Assembly (NCBI RefSeq): GCF_000143415.4 | Contig: NW_003314305.1 | Span: 125,563-189,562 of the forward strand | Length of the DNA: 64,000 bases | DNA from: Selaginella moellendorffii | Lineage: Eukaryota > Plantae > Lycopodiophyta | Direction of reading: 5' to 3' | Notes under the pieces: generated by a model | What the model was told of the DNA's origin: nothing | The model's input: only the letters and a program-made list of their open reading frames with translations | Databases searched by the model: none | Shown here: positions 11,469-23,600 of the stretch, piece after piece | Numbering within the stretch: position 1 is the stretch's first letter | How the letters are laid out: the number at the start of each line of letters is the position of its first letter | Made by a program: the position numbers and the translations under genes

Positions 11469-14400
11469 TCAGATTGAGGACGAGCCTTTGGTTCCGAGTG
11501 GACATTCAACCTTCTCGACACAAGTCTTCGGCTTGCTGGTCACGAGGACTTGGTCCACAGCAGCCTGTGTTAAAACACAAGACAAACATAAAACGGAAAG
11601 GTATTGTAGAAAATAATGTTTAGTCAGCAAAGACAATTTCAGTGATTAACTTGGGAATCCAACAACTCTCAAATTGCGCTAAGGCTTCTTTACCTTTGTC
11701 TTGGGCAATTTAAAGTAATTGAACAAGTTGTGTCTCACTATGTCACCTCGTTTCCCCACTAAATGATCTTCCATTTTAAAATATGCTGTGCACAATTGCA
11801 TAAGAGCATTAAGAATCTTTTCCTGCAAAAAATTAGAAAATGAGCTCATTAAAATACTTTTCTATCCACTTACCCCAAGAAACAAATATGCCAGTTGGTG
11901 TAGAATTAACACTCTACCATCTTCTGAAATTTCAACCGAAGACTTTTTGCGTCCTCTCAAGTGCATGTAGATGGCAATAGGACTCCCCAACGTCTCACCA
12001 TCCGTGACAACTCGCCTCTTCTTCCGAGATGGCTCCTCCTGATCACTTTCATTCTCATCACTGTCATCGTCTATATCTCTATATGTTGGATCCTTGAGTT
12101 TGTCTTCATCTTCATCCTCGATGTCATCACCATCTTCACCACGCGGACTCTGCCGTTTGATTTGTGTGCAGCTACGCACAGGGCGCTGGGGAGCTTCGTC
12201 CAGATCCACGTCCATGTGTTGGAGCACTCCCTCGTCAGCCTCAGGGAGGACCTGTGGAACTTGGCTGCGGCTGGCCTGGCTGGAGCTGGCTGCTCCTGGA
12301 ACCGGTGCTTCGTCATCCCACCTGCAATGAACACAAAAAGACTGGTGATTAAAAGCAAGTGAGAAAGAGAGCATACTCCAATGCAGCCTTGGCAAGCTTC
12401 TGAATGTTCACACAGTAGGTGTCTCTGTTTCGAATCTGAACCGGCACGGCTTGCATTCTGTCATCACGAAGCTCATACGTCCCATCCGGCCCAGGCATCA
12501 GCACTGGAAGCAGTGCATCGTAAGCTTCCTGGTTCCGTTGCGGTATGATCGCCACACTGCCCAGAAAGCATAAGAGCAAGTCCTCCTTGGTGATCAGCTT
12601 TCTGTTGAGGAGAATGAAGCGGTTGAAGCAGACGAGCCCTTTTACTTCCAGCGGTTTCCCACACAGCTTGGTCACAAAGTCCCGGAGCTTGACGGGGTGA
12701 GTAAACTTATTGGCTTCGACGACGTGCTTGCAACAGGCATGTACTGCCAGAAGCAGCACAATCCGCCCAACTATTTCCCCTCGAGGCCCCTCCACAACGT
12801 ACGGTTGCTTGAAAACCCGCTGCGCCACCTCCAGCACCGCATTCAACTGATCTTTGTTGTCCAGTATGCGCGCAGCTGCCTCCCCCAATATAGGCTCGAA
12901 CGCGTCCGCGGTGAAGACGCAGTCACGGTCGCCACTTACGTGGCTCACCGTCCGCATGTTGCCCGCCACCATGTCCTTGGCTAGTTCGGACCAGGCTACC
13001 ACCTCGAGGCCAGCCGCCACCCCAGAACGGCAATGCCCATTGCGTTTGTCAGCGATTCCTCACCGACCGGCTTCAGTCTCTCCATGGGCATCCCCAGAAG
13101 CTTCTGCATGGCGAACGTCACAACCTCCATCTCATCTGCGCCATTGTCGAGAGTAGCACGCCACAGGGGCCGCCCCCACCTGAACAACTCCTTCGTCAGC
13201 TCTGCCAAGGGGGTGGTCGGATCCTTTGTCTTCAGCTGCAAGGACATTAGCTTCTTTGCCTGCTCGAAGTCCCACCACAAGCTCCCCACCACCCAGATCG
13301 GCTCAAAGAACCTGGTCGAAGGAGCTCTTGCCCGGGAGCTGCGATCTTGCATTTGCGGAGGGATGACGAGGCCGAGCTTTCCGGCAGTATCTGCTACCAG
13401 TCCGAACACCTTTAAGTTGCGTGGAATGCACGAAAAAAACCTCCTGCAGGCCAGGAATGAACCGGCCACCTGTCCAAACCATGAAGACGCCTCGTCCATG
13501 CAGACAATGATCTTCTTATCGGGTACGAAAATCTTGTTGGCCGTCGTCCGGATCCAGTGAGTTAGCTTCACACCATCCCAGTCCTGTCCTGGACCCGGCT
13601 TGCACTCGCGCACCTCCTCCAGCACCTCCTCACTGAGTTTAAGGTAGCTGGAGGAACGAGCACAAAGTCAGCAAGCAAAAAGAGAAGATAGGAGAGAAGA
13701 TAACCTTATAGCCACGGCTTCGCCAAAATGTGGCTCCGACTGCTCCTTCATCCACTCCTCTGGAGATTTCTCTTTGATCTGAGTTAAAATGGCGAGAACC
13801 CATGCTGCCACGGCCCGTGGATCGTTGCTCATTTTGCTATTAATCAGCTGCTGCGCCACAGCACTTTGATCCGGGATGCCTGTAGACCCGACCTTGAGAA
13901 AGGAGACGTACACTACGTAAAAGCCCTTGGTAGCCAGCTCTCGCATGGTCCTTGACTTTCCCCACCCAGAGCTCTGCAGCACCATCGTCCATGCCGCAAG
14001 CCGCCCCATATCGTTGTGCCACTCGTCAAACAAGCCATTGATAACCTCTGCAACGTAGTCCAACACTTTGCAAGGATCCTGGTAAGGGCGATCCCAGGCC
14101 ACCTGTAGCGCCTCCTTGACACTCAGTGGATAGTCAACTTTTGGACGTACTGTGGTTGGAGATGCATACTCAAGCACGGCCGAGAGAGGCCTCGACGAGT
14201 CCCCGGCGTTTTGAATCGCTGTGAGCAGCCCATCCATCCATTCCTGATCGGCTATCAACAAGAATCCAGCCAGATCGAATGCAAGGCGTTTAAGAGGATC
14301 GTCCCAAGGGACGACGTTGGTGATGAGCCATGCGAAGAGGTTCTCTCGAGATATTGGCAGTGACGGATCAAACGGGGGCATACCCCGGGCCAGTTTCTCA

Positions 14401-14655
14401 AGACCATCGCGCTGGCTTGCAGGAAGTGCTGCGTGAGAGAGGCATGAGACACAAGATAGGCAGCTAAGTTGCGTACATACCACAAACATACACGTCGCGT
14501 GAGGGCGCAAGAGTGCCGTCGCCATGCTCCTTGCTCAGCTCCTCCGCCGAGATAGTGTTGGGGTATCGGCGCCGGTCACAAGGTTGATCGAACCGCAAGA
14601 TTCGCACCGTCAAACTCCCATCGCCGCCGTCCCCATCGCCACCGGAGTCCGCCAT
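11469..14655 (-). pseudogene. Crinkler/CR-type P-loop NTPase + PD-(D/E)xK nuclease-fold gene, spliced, with an apparent 1-nt frameshift near 13012
   Basis: Introns 14480-14429, 13704-13648 and ~12376-12323 join the ORFs in frame. Walker A QSSGWGKSR, Walker B IIVCMDEA, GRPLW, and NQEAYDALLPV..AVPVQIRNR. The 3' end is uncertain. Confidence 0.7.
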
Positions 14656-15195
14656 CGGCGGCCGAAAGTTCTACCAGGGTTTAGTGCCGTATAAACCTAG
14701 GGAAATTCTCACAGGCCGCAGCCTAGACGGGTGGTTCCCCAATTGCACCCAGTTTAAACTTGGTGTGGGAAAAACAGTTTAAAAAAAAGTTAACCTTTTC
14801 TTGGACCCTTAAAATATTCCCACATTAATCTCATTAAACTTTGGAAGATTCTTGAAATCGAAAATAAAGAATATTTTAAGAATCAAAATATCCTTTTTCT
14901 CACTCTCACACTTTCTACCCTGATTGTTCTGTTGAAGGCTTTCTAATTTGTTCTTCCCTAAGGGAAAAATATGAATATAACGTTTGAGTTGAGATTGTCT
15001 TTTCAACGGTCAGAGTTTGAGACCGCAGACCGAAGACCGAAGACTGAAGACCGTGTAAGCCGTTTACAAGGTGGCGGACCTCGAAGTAAGAACTTCATAC
15101 TTTGCCTAGATCGGACCGAGATTGAGCCCAACAAGGAGGAACTACGTCTTTCACGGTTACTCTTGAGAGCGCTATAAATTATAAATACACGTTGC

Positions 15196-16893
15196 TCAGT
15201 CCCAGTACTTGATGATGCCAACTCCGTCCTTCCCAGCGTTCCTACCATCCTCCCAGCCGCAGGTGGCGACTTTACTCTGCTCCAGCGGATGCCACTCGCA
15301 GCCCAGGCAAACCCGCTTGAAACAGTGGAGCTTGTGGAGAACTTTGGTGGTCTTCCAGTCCCAGAACCAGCACCGCCCCGATCCATCCCCCGAGATGACA
15401 TACTTGCCGTCGGGGGAGAAGTTCACCTGGCAGCCCAGCCCGGTTACGTGGCCGTGGAACCTCTTCTTGTTGAGCCGGAAGCGCTCCTTGGTGTCGTAGA
15501 CGAGGATCTGGTTGTCCATGCTCTGTGCCGCGAAGAACTTGCCGTTTGGATGAACCGCGATGCTGGGCATCGAGTGCATATGCGGCTCGCTGATGTACTT
15601 GATCACCACCGGGATCCCAAACTCCCACACGCGGAGGGACCTGTCGTCGCTGGACGTGATGAACCTCCGGTTGTTGTCCACAAACGTGATGGTGTTCACG
15701 GCGTCCAAGTGCTGGTCATACTCCTGCGTGATCTTGCCGCTGTCCACGTCCCACTGCACAACCTTCTTGTCCTTCATCGCCACCATCAACACGTTCTGCT
15801 TGTCATCGTCCGGGTGCAGCTTGGCGACGTAAGGCGTCTTCCCGGTGGTGAAGGACGAGATCACCTTGCCCGTCTCCGTGTCCCAAAGTTTGATCTTGGT
15901 GTCGTAGCTCACGCTCAGGAACTTGAGCCCGTCGTTGGTGAAGGAAACGTGACGAACAGTGGCGCTGTGCCCCTTGTACGTCCTCACGCACTTCCTGTGG
16001 TTATGCACGTCCCAGATCTTCACCTGGTGGTCGCTGCTCCCGGAGAGCAGGAGGTGGCCATACTTTGGAAAGAACTGGATCGTCATCACATTCCCCTTGT
16101 GCCCGACCCACGTATGGATGCAGCGCTTGGGGAAGAAGCATCGATCGTTTGCGGCCTTGACATCCGCCGGAGGAACGACCCAAGAGCGCCCCTGGTAGTC
16201 GACGTGCTCGTCGCCATGGAACTCGGTGGAGTCCGGCACCTCGGGCTTGATACCGGCCTCTCGGGCCTCCCTGGCCAGCTTCTTCTTGGCGTGCTCCTCG
16301 GCATACATCTTTTGCTCGTCGGTCATCTCCACCTGGATCCCCTTGCGCGTCCCGGCCCAGGGGCTCGTGATGGATTTGGCCAGCCACTCGTCCGAGGAAG
16401 GATCCAGGCCACCCTCGAGCTCCTGGACCCTCTCCAGCCGCCCCTCGGCCTTCCTCTTCTTGAGCTCGTGCTGTGGGATGTTGAAGACTGTGAGCCCGGC
16501 ATTGTCCTTGATCTTGTCCGGGTCGCCGATCAAATTGGCACCATTTGGAGCCGAGGTATCCGCGGCATAGCCAAACGCCTGGAATGTGTGGTACTGCTCG
16601 TCGAAGGTGAAGGGCGAGATGGACGAGTCCTCCACCACGCCCAGCGCGTGGTTCTTCATCCCCCGCGAGAGGCCGTCCTTGTTGTAGGGGTGGATCGGCC
16701 CCTCCATGGGCGCCCACATCTGCTCGTACCTAGGGTTGAAGGTCACTCGCTTCTGGAGAGGATCCACCACCGCCAGCGCCGACTCCGCCGCCGCGGCGCC
16801 ACCGTGCGCCACGGGAACGTCCGGCGCGCTGCAGCGCCCCACATTGAAGCTCACCTCCATCGCCTCCATCGCCTCCATCGCCTCCTCCTCCAT
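15196..16893 (-). CDS. PRP17: Pre-mRNA-processing factor 17 (CDC40/PRP17), WD40 protein, intronless
   Basis: [87 protein letters not shown]. Confidence 0.96.
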   Translation of the reverse strand: MEEEAMEAMEAMEVSFNVGRCSAPDVPVAHGGAAAAESALAVVDPLQKRVTFNPRYEQMWAPMEGPIHPYNKDGLSRGMKNHALGVVEDSSISPFTFDEQYHTFQAFGYAADTSAPNGANLIGDPDKIKDNAGLTVFNIPQHELKKRKAEGRLERVQELEGGLDPSSDEWLAKSITSPWAGTRKGIQVEMTDEQKMYAEEHAKKKLAREAREAGIKPEVPDSTEFHGDEHVDYQGRSWVVPPADVKAANDRCFFPKRCIHTWVGHKGNVMTIQFFPKYGHLLLSGSSDHQVKIWDVHNHRKCVRTYKGHSATVRHVSFTNDGLKFLSVSYDTKIKLWDTETGKVISSFTTGKTPYVAKLHPDDDKQNVLMVAMKDKKVVQWDVDSGKITQEYDQHLDAVNTITFVDNNRRFITSSDDRSLRVWEFGIPVVIKYISEPHMHSMPSIAVHPNGKFFAAQSMDNQILVYDTKERFRLNKKRFHGHVTGLGCQVNFSPDGKYVISGDGSGRCWFWDWKTTKVLHKLHCFKRVCLGCEWHPLEQSKVATCGWEDGRNAGKDGVGIIKYWD

Positions 16894-16899
16894 CCTCAA

Positions 16900-17853
16900 G
16901 AACCCTAAAATCCCATTTTGCCCTAGCTATGGGTTTTTGTATAAACCCTAAATTTCGCATCGAAAGAGCAGGGCCTGCCTGATTCCCACGGCGTATTTCG
17001 CCGCCACCATGGCGCGCCCCAGTGCCATGCAGGCGCCGTGGATGGAGCCGATACCACGGCTTTCCTCACACTCCTGGCCGCGTTCCTTCCCAAGCTTCCC
17101 GCCTCCGTGCTGCGATCCACGAGTGGAAAGGCTCTGGTTGTTTTCCTGTCGTGCATCGAGTGTATCCTTTGCACCGCCGATCGATCGAGCTGGCCGGCTC
17201 TGGCTGGATCGTTCCAGTTGCTTCTCAAGTTTTGCGTGGATATGAGACCAAAGGTACGCTCGCTTCGTTTTCTTTTCTTTCTCCGGAGCTTGATCTTTGG
17301 GCTCTTCTTCCATCCTTTTGCAATTATCCTGTGGACACCAAAGACAAGGTGATTGCAAAGCTTCTTGAGGAGTCAATGAGAAAGTATCCGACCTTGAGAA
17401 GTAATCTCTTCTAGCATCCAGGTGAAGCTTCTTACTTCCTGTGCACTACGCTTGACGTGTTTTTATCCTCAGACATTGATAAAGCAAAACAAAATCTATC
17501 TGCGACGCTAATGGCGGCATGGACGTGGATTTGGATGCAAAGGAAAAAGCATGTTATTCCAAGGACATTGCCTCGGCAAACTGGTCAGCCATTTCTGCGT
17601 TTTCGGATAAGTTTCTTCCTCTTCTTTTCAATATATTTTGTGATCACCACCAGAAAAACGGGGAGAGTTACAGGTACTAGGATGCATCTTCTTTGTCTTT
17701 CTAGTAGTAACAATTCTCAACAAAGTGAGTTGCTAGGCTGCTATTGGTGCTTTTGCGTCCATATCAAGCAACTGTTCAGGAGTTTTTCCGAACGGTCATA
17801 GAGAAGCTTTTGAAAGCCACGAAACATACATATGCGAAAGAGACAAGGTAATC
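16900..17853 (+). pseudogene. Eroded duplicate of the RRP12 promoter and 5' half
   Basis: Colinear with 20531-22995, introns included, with several deletions, one of about 1.3 kb (21113 to ~22433). Confidence 0.93.
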
Positions 17854-18214
17854 GCCATATCCAGTTCCAGCCAGGTAGTGCTGAGCTTGATCCAGTCTGA
17901 GCGAACGAGCTCGAAGTTTGGCTTGGCGTGCTTGATCCAGTCGAAGTGGACGATGGCGTTGGAGTAAACGATCCAGACAACAACGATGCTAGTGTGGATT
18001 CTCCAGAAGCTGGTGTTGATAGTGATGATTCGGTTAAAGCTGGCGAAGTTGACGATGATACTACCAGCATCGGCTCGCCAGCTGACGAACTCCTAGATCC
18101 TACTGAAGCTGCCGCTTCAACACTAGAGCCGGAAACTGACGGTCCCGCATTAGATCCAGAACTCTCTGCTGCGATTACCAGCGTCAACAACATTAGAAAC
18201 CAAACCATACTCAA
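17854..18214 (-). pseudogene. Fragment of a secreted Ser/Thr-rich (AGP/mucin-like) protein gene
   Basis: MVWFLMLLTLVIAAES signal-like start followed by Ser-rich low complexity; runs into antisense pseudo-RRP12 sequence. Confidence 0.45.
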
Positions 18215-18289
18215 AGACTTTATACCTGAGTCAAAACTTGGAGCCGCTCCAGGGGCTGCCGCCGGCGAGCTAGTTGCAGCAGTGCTCCC

Positions 18290-18375
18290 GCTCCCACCTA
18301 CAATACAGGCTTTGCAACTGCGAAAAGCGCGCTCAAGCCTTTATGAAAATATTAAACCACAGATGATCTCAGTAT
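18290..18375 (-). pseudogene. Inverted continuation of the RRP12 pseudocopy
   Basis: The reverse complement matches 23005-23142 (cataaaggcttgagcgcgcttttcgcagttgcaaagcctg). Confidence 0.88.
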
Positions 18376-18873
18376 TTAGGGTGGAGAGTGAGTTCTTGTG
18401 GCTTTGTCGCTCCATCAGCTGCACCACCAAGCTCTCAAACGCCACTAAATCCTTCTCCATCCCCATCGCCATCGCCAGCAAATCCTTACGCGTCTTCCTC
18501 TTCTCCTCCCCCGTCGTCGCAATCTCCAGCAACCAGGAGCTTCATCCAGAGGAGGAGGAGCTGCTGCTCGAAACAGGATCCACAAGGGACCGATGCCCGA
18601 GTTTAAGCTTTCAGACGGCACGAACAAGTGGACGTCGGTGTACGAGATGAGCCGACTTACAAGACCGGGCTTCAGGAAGTGGAGCTTGATCGACAACTCG
18701 TGTTTCTTCTTTGAATAGTCATTACTATTGTGTTATCTTTGAAGTACGAGATCACGAGTGCTAGCACACATTGGCACTCAGCCAGTTTTTTGTCCAATTT
18801 GGTTTGCTAGGAGCATATATTGAAGAGTTTTACCTCCATAAAGGTTTGAATAGACAATAGATTAGTTTTGGTT

Positions 18874-20521
18874 TTAAGCCAGATGCTCGTAGATCGAGTT
18901 CCACTTGCAAGAGCCGTCCGGAAGAACACAGCTGCCAGGATCCGGGGCCTTGTACGTTCTCTTTGGCGGCGTGGAGAAATCCTCATTCGGGAAGTCCGCA
19001 TCTAAATTACAGGAAAATCGTTCTCCATAATGCGTCAAACTGTGTCACTAAGAATGAAGAATGATACATAGGACTCTATGGTGATGTGTTATGTCCGTCC
19101 TCCAACAACGAGCCCATGATCACATTTTTACCTCTGTCACTAGATGGTTTCCAGAAATAATTGCCATGGCGAACTCGGTTGCTCAGTTGATGGCTCCGAA
19201 CGGGGAGGGAAGAGGCCTGTTCCTACCCCCTGCCCAAACGCAAGAAGTTTAGATACAACGATTCTAGAGGGTACTTACGATTGATTTGTCAAGTTTGAAT
19301 TCCAGTAACAGCTCCACAGTCCACTCCAAATCGATGGTGAAGCAGACTACTTCCTCTCTGGCAACATTCTCAACCCCGAGCTCCTTCCAGTCGTCTTCTT
19401 TGAGGAATTCCCCAACTGGGACAGGCTCTTTGCCGATATACTCGAGCATCTTGTCGAGCATCTTGTCCACCGTCGCACCAGGAAAAAACAAACCAACTTT
19501 CCTCATTATTCCAATCCCTCGGAGATCCACAATAACACACCTGGAAAAAAACAAACCAGCTTTCCTCATAATGCCAATCCCTTCAATAACATACCTCTTT
19601 ATCCCCTGTAAAACGGCCTCCGCCAGCTCGAGCATCGCCTTGTCCTTAACCTTCGTGCTCGAATTTGATATAAACTCGTCAGGAAGTAATTCGAGGGGGA
19701 AGCTAGTGACGTCGGTCTTGAGTATCCACTTAAGCGCCTTGTACTTGACAGCTAACGTAGGAACGGATACAAGCACGCATCCTGTTGCAGCCCTGTCGTA
19801 CTTAATCTCCAAGTGTTCCTCGATTATTCTCTCACGATCTGTTTCCACGCTTGTGTCCCAAATGCATGCCCCGCCATCCCAGTTGTTGTATCTAAGCCCG
19901 AGCTCCAAAGTCGAGAGGACGCCGGTAATCTCAATGCTTCTAATCTGGCATTGCTCGAGCTCTCTTATGGAGGGAGCCATGTCTGGGTCATAATCTATGT
20001 CGCGCCTGCTATAGGGGCAGCTCCAGTAAGTGCCATTGCAGTGCTTGCGAGTCTGATTAGTACACTCCGTCTGGGAGTGTCCAGATTCAAGCAAGGCCCC
20101 AAATTCTCTCATCGACCAACCATGGCCACCGCCATTGTACCAACAGTCACCGAAGAGAAGGAGTGAAGTGTTGGCTCTGTTGTAACGCAAAACAAGTTGC
20201 GGTGCCGGCCGAGTATCGCATGATGATTCATGACCACCTGTTCCAAAGGAAATAAAGAAAACCTGAAATCGTTTCCATCAACTTTCTTACCTGGCCGCGG
20301 TGCGGATGATGATCGAAGGCCCGTACAGAAGCTCCTCAAGAAAAATCGGCAAGCCACCACTGCTCCACAAGAGAAATCTATCATCACCTCTCTCAACCTT
20401 TAAAATACTTACCTGGCTGCCATGAAGATGAGCGATGGCGCCTTAACTGGCGCCTTGCCGCTGGTGAAGTAGAAGAATGTAGGATCATTTCCGTAAAACA
20501 TCAACCTTTACCTGACCACAT
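18874..20521 (-). CDS. Unknown-family protein with a probable mitochondrial transit peptide (paralogue of 9730-10939), about 6 exons
   Basis: MWS|AARRQLRRHRSSSWQP|AVVACRFFLRSFCTG..|GGHESSCDTRPAPQLVLRYNRAN joins in frame with ORF 19264-20190. A GTAAGT donor after KSI allows two more exons ending ..KWNSIYEHLA*. Confidence 0.72.
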
Positions 20522-20600
20522 AGAACCACAAAACCCTAGCCCTAATTATGGTGGGTTTTTGTCAAAACCCTAAATTTCTCGCTTCTGAGGAGCCCTAGCG
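20522..20600. promoter_or_regulatory. Minimal bidirectional promoter/5' region with telo-boxes
   Basis: 79 bp between divergent ATGs; AAACCCTAG at 20531 and AAACCCTAA at 20565. Confidence 0.6.
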
Positions 20601-23600
20601 ATGGCGATGCATGAGGAGGAGGAGGATGTGGGGCGCGCGCTGCTCAATCGCTTCCACAATTCTCCGGCGCCCGAGCACAAGCAGCTACTGGCGGTGGTAA
20701 GCGCGGTGATGGAGGTGCTGAAAGAGCAGGGCCTGCCGCTGATTCCCACGGCGTATTTCGCCGCGACCATGGCGCCGCTGGAGCAGCAATGCAATGCAGG
20801 CGCCGTGGATGGAGCCGATACCACGGCTTTCCTCACATTCCTGGCCACGCTCCTTCCCAAGCTTCCCGCCTCCGTGCTGCGATCGACGAGTGGAAAGGCT
20901 CTGGTTGTTTTGGACAAGGTGCTGGGCGACGCAAAACTTCCGGCTGCCACTGCCAAGCCCGCGCTGTCGTGCATCGAGTGCATCCTTTGCGCCGCCGATC
21001 GATCGAGCTGGCCGGCTCTGGCCGGATCGTTCCAGTTGCTTCTCAAGTTTTGCGTGGATATGAGACCAAAGGTACGCTCGCTTCGTTTTCTTTTCTTTCT
21101 CCGGAGCTTGATCGCAGGCTTCTCTAGGTGCGAAGGCGCGCGCACTTGTGCGCTGCGCAAGTCTTGTCTAGCTTCCATGGCTCGGCGGCTCTCGACAAAG
21201 CTAGCGACTTAGTTGCCTCGTCGTTCGAAGAATGCGCGTCACCTTTCCTGGCCAAAGGCAAGAGCAACGAGGACGCTGCCGCTGGCGCTCTGAAGCTCTT
21301 ACACATGATCGGGGCCATGCGGCTTCTTCTGCCAGCCATGTCTCCCAAGACCATTGCGAGAGTGCTTCCCAGCATCACACTTCTCATCACTTTGAAGCAG
21401 TCACTCGTCACCAGGAGCGTGCTCAATGTTCTTCTTTCTCTGGGAAGAAGATCCAGGACGGGCGTTTCATCGGCGGCATTGGTGGGCGTTATTCGTGCTG
21501 TTCTCTCCCTCGTCGCGGCTGATAACAGGGATGTGGACGAGGTCATGACGGCAGTTCATGTGATAGAGCAGGGGCTGTCTAACTTGTACGCCATCGATCC
21601 TAAGCTCTGCGCCGGCCAGCTTCCGGCGCCATTCGATGCCATCACAGGTATAGCTCCTTTTCTTTCTTTTTTCTCTTGGAGCTGAAAGTTTCTTTTACTG
21701 TATTCCAGATCTCTTTGCTTCGGAACAGGAAGAGGTTGTGTTTGGTGCAGCGGAGTGTCTCCGAGGCTTAGCAGATCGCTTCATAGATGGCGCAATGCTG
21801 AGACAGCTAGAAACCGATCCAGTTGCTATTGAAAGTATCTGTTCGTCCGTTGAAAGGTCCTTGAGCTATGAATATTCCGGCGCCTGGGATAAAGCTTTGC
21901 TCGTAGTCTCGGCACTTTTCCAGAAAATGGGTAACTTTCTCTCGCTTTTTAAAGCTGTAGCTCATTCGATTTTATTCCTTGTTTTTCCAGGTGAGGCCTC
22001 CTTTCGATTCATGAAAGGAATTGTTAAAGTTCTCGCCGAACTACAAAAACTTAGAGACGAGGACTTGCCTTGTCGAAAGCAGGCAAGTTTTACACGCTAG
22101 ATTTCACGTTTGATACTCTTTTACAGCTACACAATAGTTTTGGAGCAGCCGTTGTGGCTATGGGACCAGAACGTTTTTTGGAGCTCTTGCCATTGGACAT
22201 GGATGCCACGCAGCTAGACAAAGCCCGCATCTGGTTGATACCTATCTTGAAGCAACATCTTGTTGGAGCAAGGCTCAAATACTTCGCGACTACCATCGGT
22301 CCTTTGGCAGAAAGTCTTGCAGTCAAAGCACATGAGGTTGATATATATGTTTTCTTTTAGAATCGTACTAAACAGCGTTCTTTGCAGCTTGCTGGGGCGC
22401 CTGCAAAAAATGCAGAAGCATGCGCACAAGCTCTTTGGGCTCTTCTTCCATCCTTTTGCAATTATCCTGTGGACACCAAAGACAGCTTCCAGGTGATTGC
22501 AAAGCTTCTTGGGGAGTCAATGAGAAAGTATCCGGACCTTAGAGGAGTAATCTCTTCCAGCATCCAGGTGAAGCTTCTTACTTCCTGTGCACTACGCTTG
22601 ACGTGTTTTTATCCTCAGACATTGATAAAGCAAAACAAATCTATCTGCGACGCTAATGACGGCATGGACGTGGATTTGGATGCAAAGGAAAAAGCATGTT
22701 ATTCCAAGGACATTGCCTCGGCAAACTTGTCAGCCATTTCTGCGTTTTCGGATAAGTTTCTTCCACTTCTTTTCAATATATTTTGCGAGTCACCACCAGA
22801 AAAACGGGGAGAGTTACAGGTACTAGGATGCATTATCTATTTTCTCTCTTTTTTTTTAACAAGTGAATTGCTAGGCTGCAATTGGTGCTTTTGCGTCTAT
22901 ATCAAGCAAAGCTACTGTTCAGAAGTTTTTCCGAACGGTCATGGAGAAGCTTTTGGAAGCCACCAAAGATACAAATGCGAAAGAGAGAAGGTAATTCGTT
23001 ACATAACTACTGAAATCATCTATGGTCTAAAATTTTGGACAGGTGCATGTTTATGGATCTTGCTTTGTCACTAGTTGGTGGTTTGGATCATAAAGGCTTG
23101 AGCGCGCTTTTCGCAGTTGCAAAGCCTGCATTGCAGGTGGGAGTTTTGGGCACGCAAAACCTTTTATTTCTTCATTATCTAATTATCTCCCTTTAGGATC
23201 CAGACTCTGGTGTTCAGAAAAAAGGATACAAAGTTCTTGCTGGTATTTTGAAGGTAAATTTTGTTTTCAAGTGCTCAGATTTATGTTTCGAACTTACAGG
23301 AACATACTGATTTTCTCTCTTCAAAAGAGCAAGAAATATTTGAAGCTATTGTGGAAGCTACATCTGCATGCCAGTCCTCTGCAAAACAATACAGGGTTGC
23401 TTGCTTGCAGTTGTTGATTCTACATCTCGTGCAGGTAGATGCATCTTCAATTAGTTTTCGTCGTTGATAATTTTGTTGCCATTTCAGCAGGGGGACGAGA
23501 ATACGAACGACTACATAGCATTCCTTCTCAAAGAGTCTGTTCTTGCGTTGAAGGAGGTATTTAATCAGTCGTCAATCTGAAGCAGCATATTGGCCTTTTC

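Noticed and set aside
14810-15190. Possible snRNA/Pol III gene (TCCCACAT USE-like motif, GAAGACC repeats)
   Set aside because: No properly spaced TATA box or recognisable RNA; likely the PRP17 3'UTR.
15289-16908. 539-aa antisense ORF over PRP17 and similar shadow ORFs over the PPR and kiwellin genes
   Set aside because: Expected from high GC3 codon bias; no motifs.
17928-18650. 240-aa acidic plus-strand ORF
   Set aside because: Antisense of the Ser-rich fragment and inverted pseudogene pieces.
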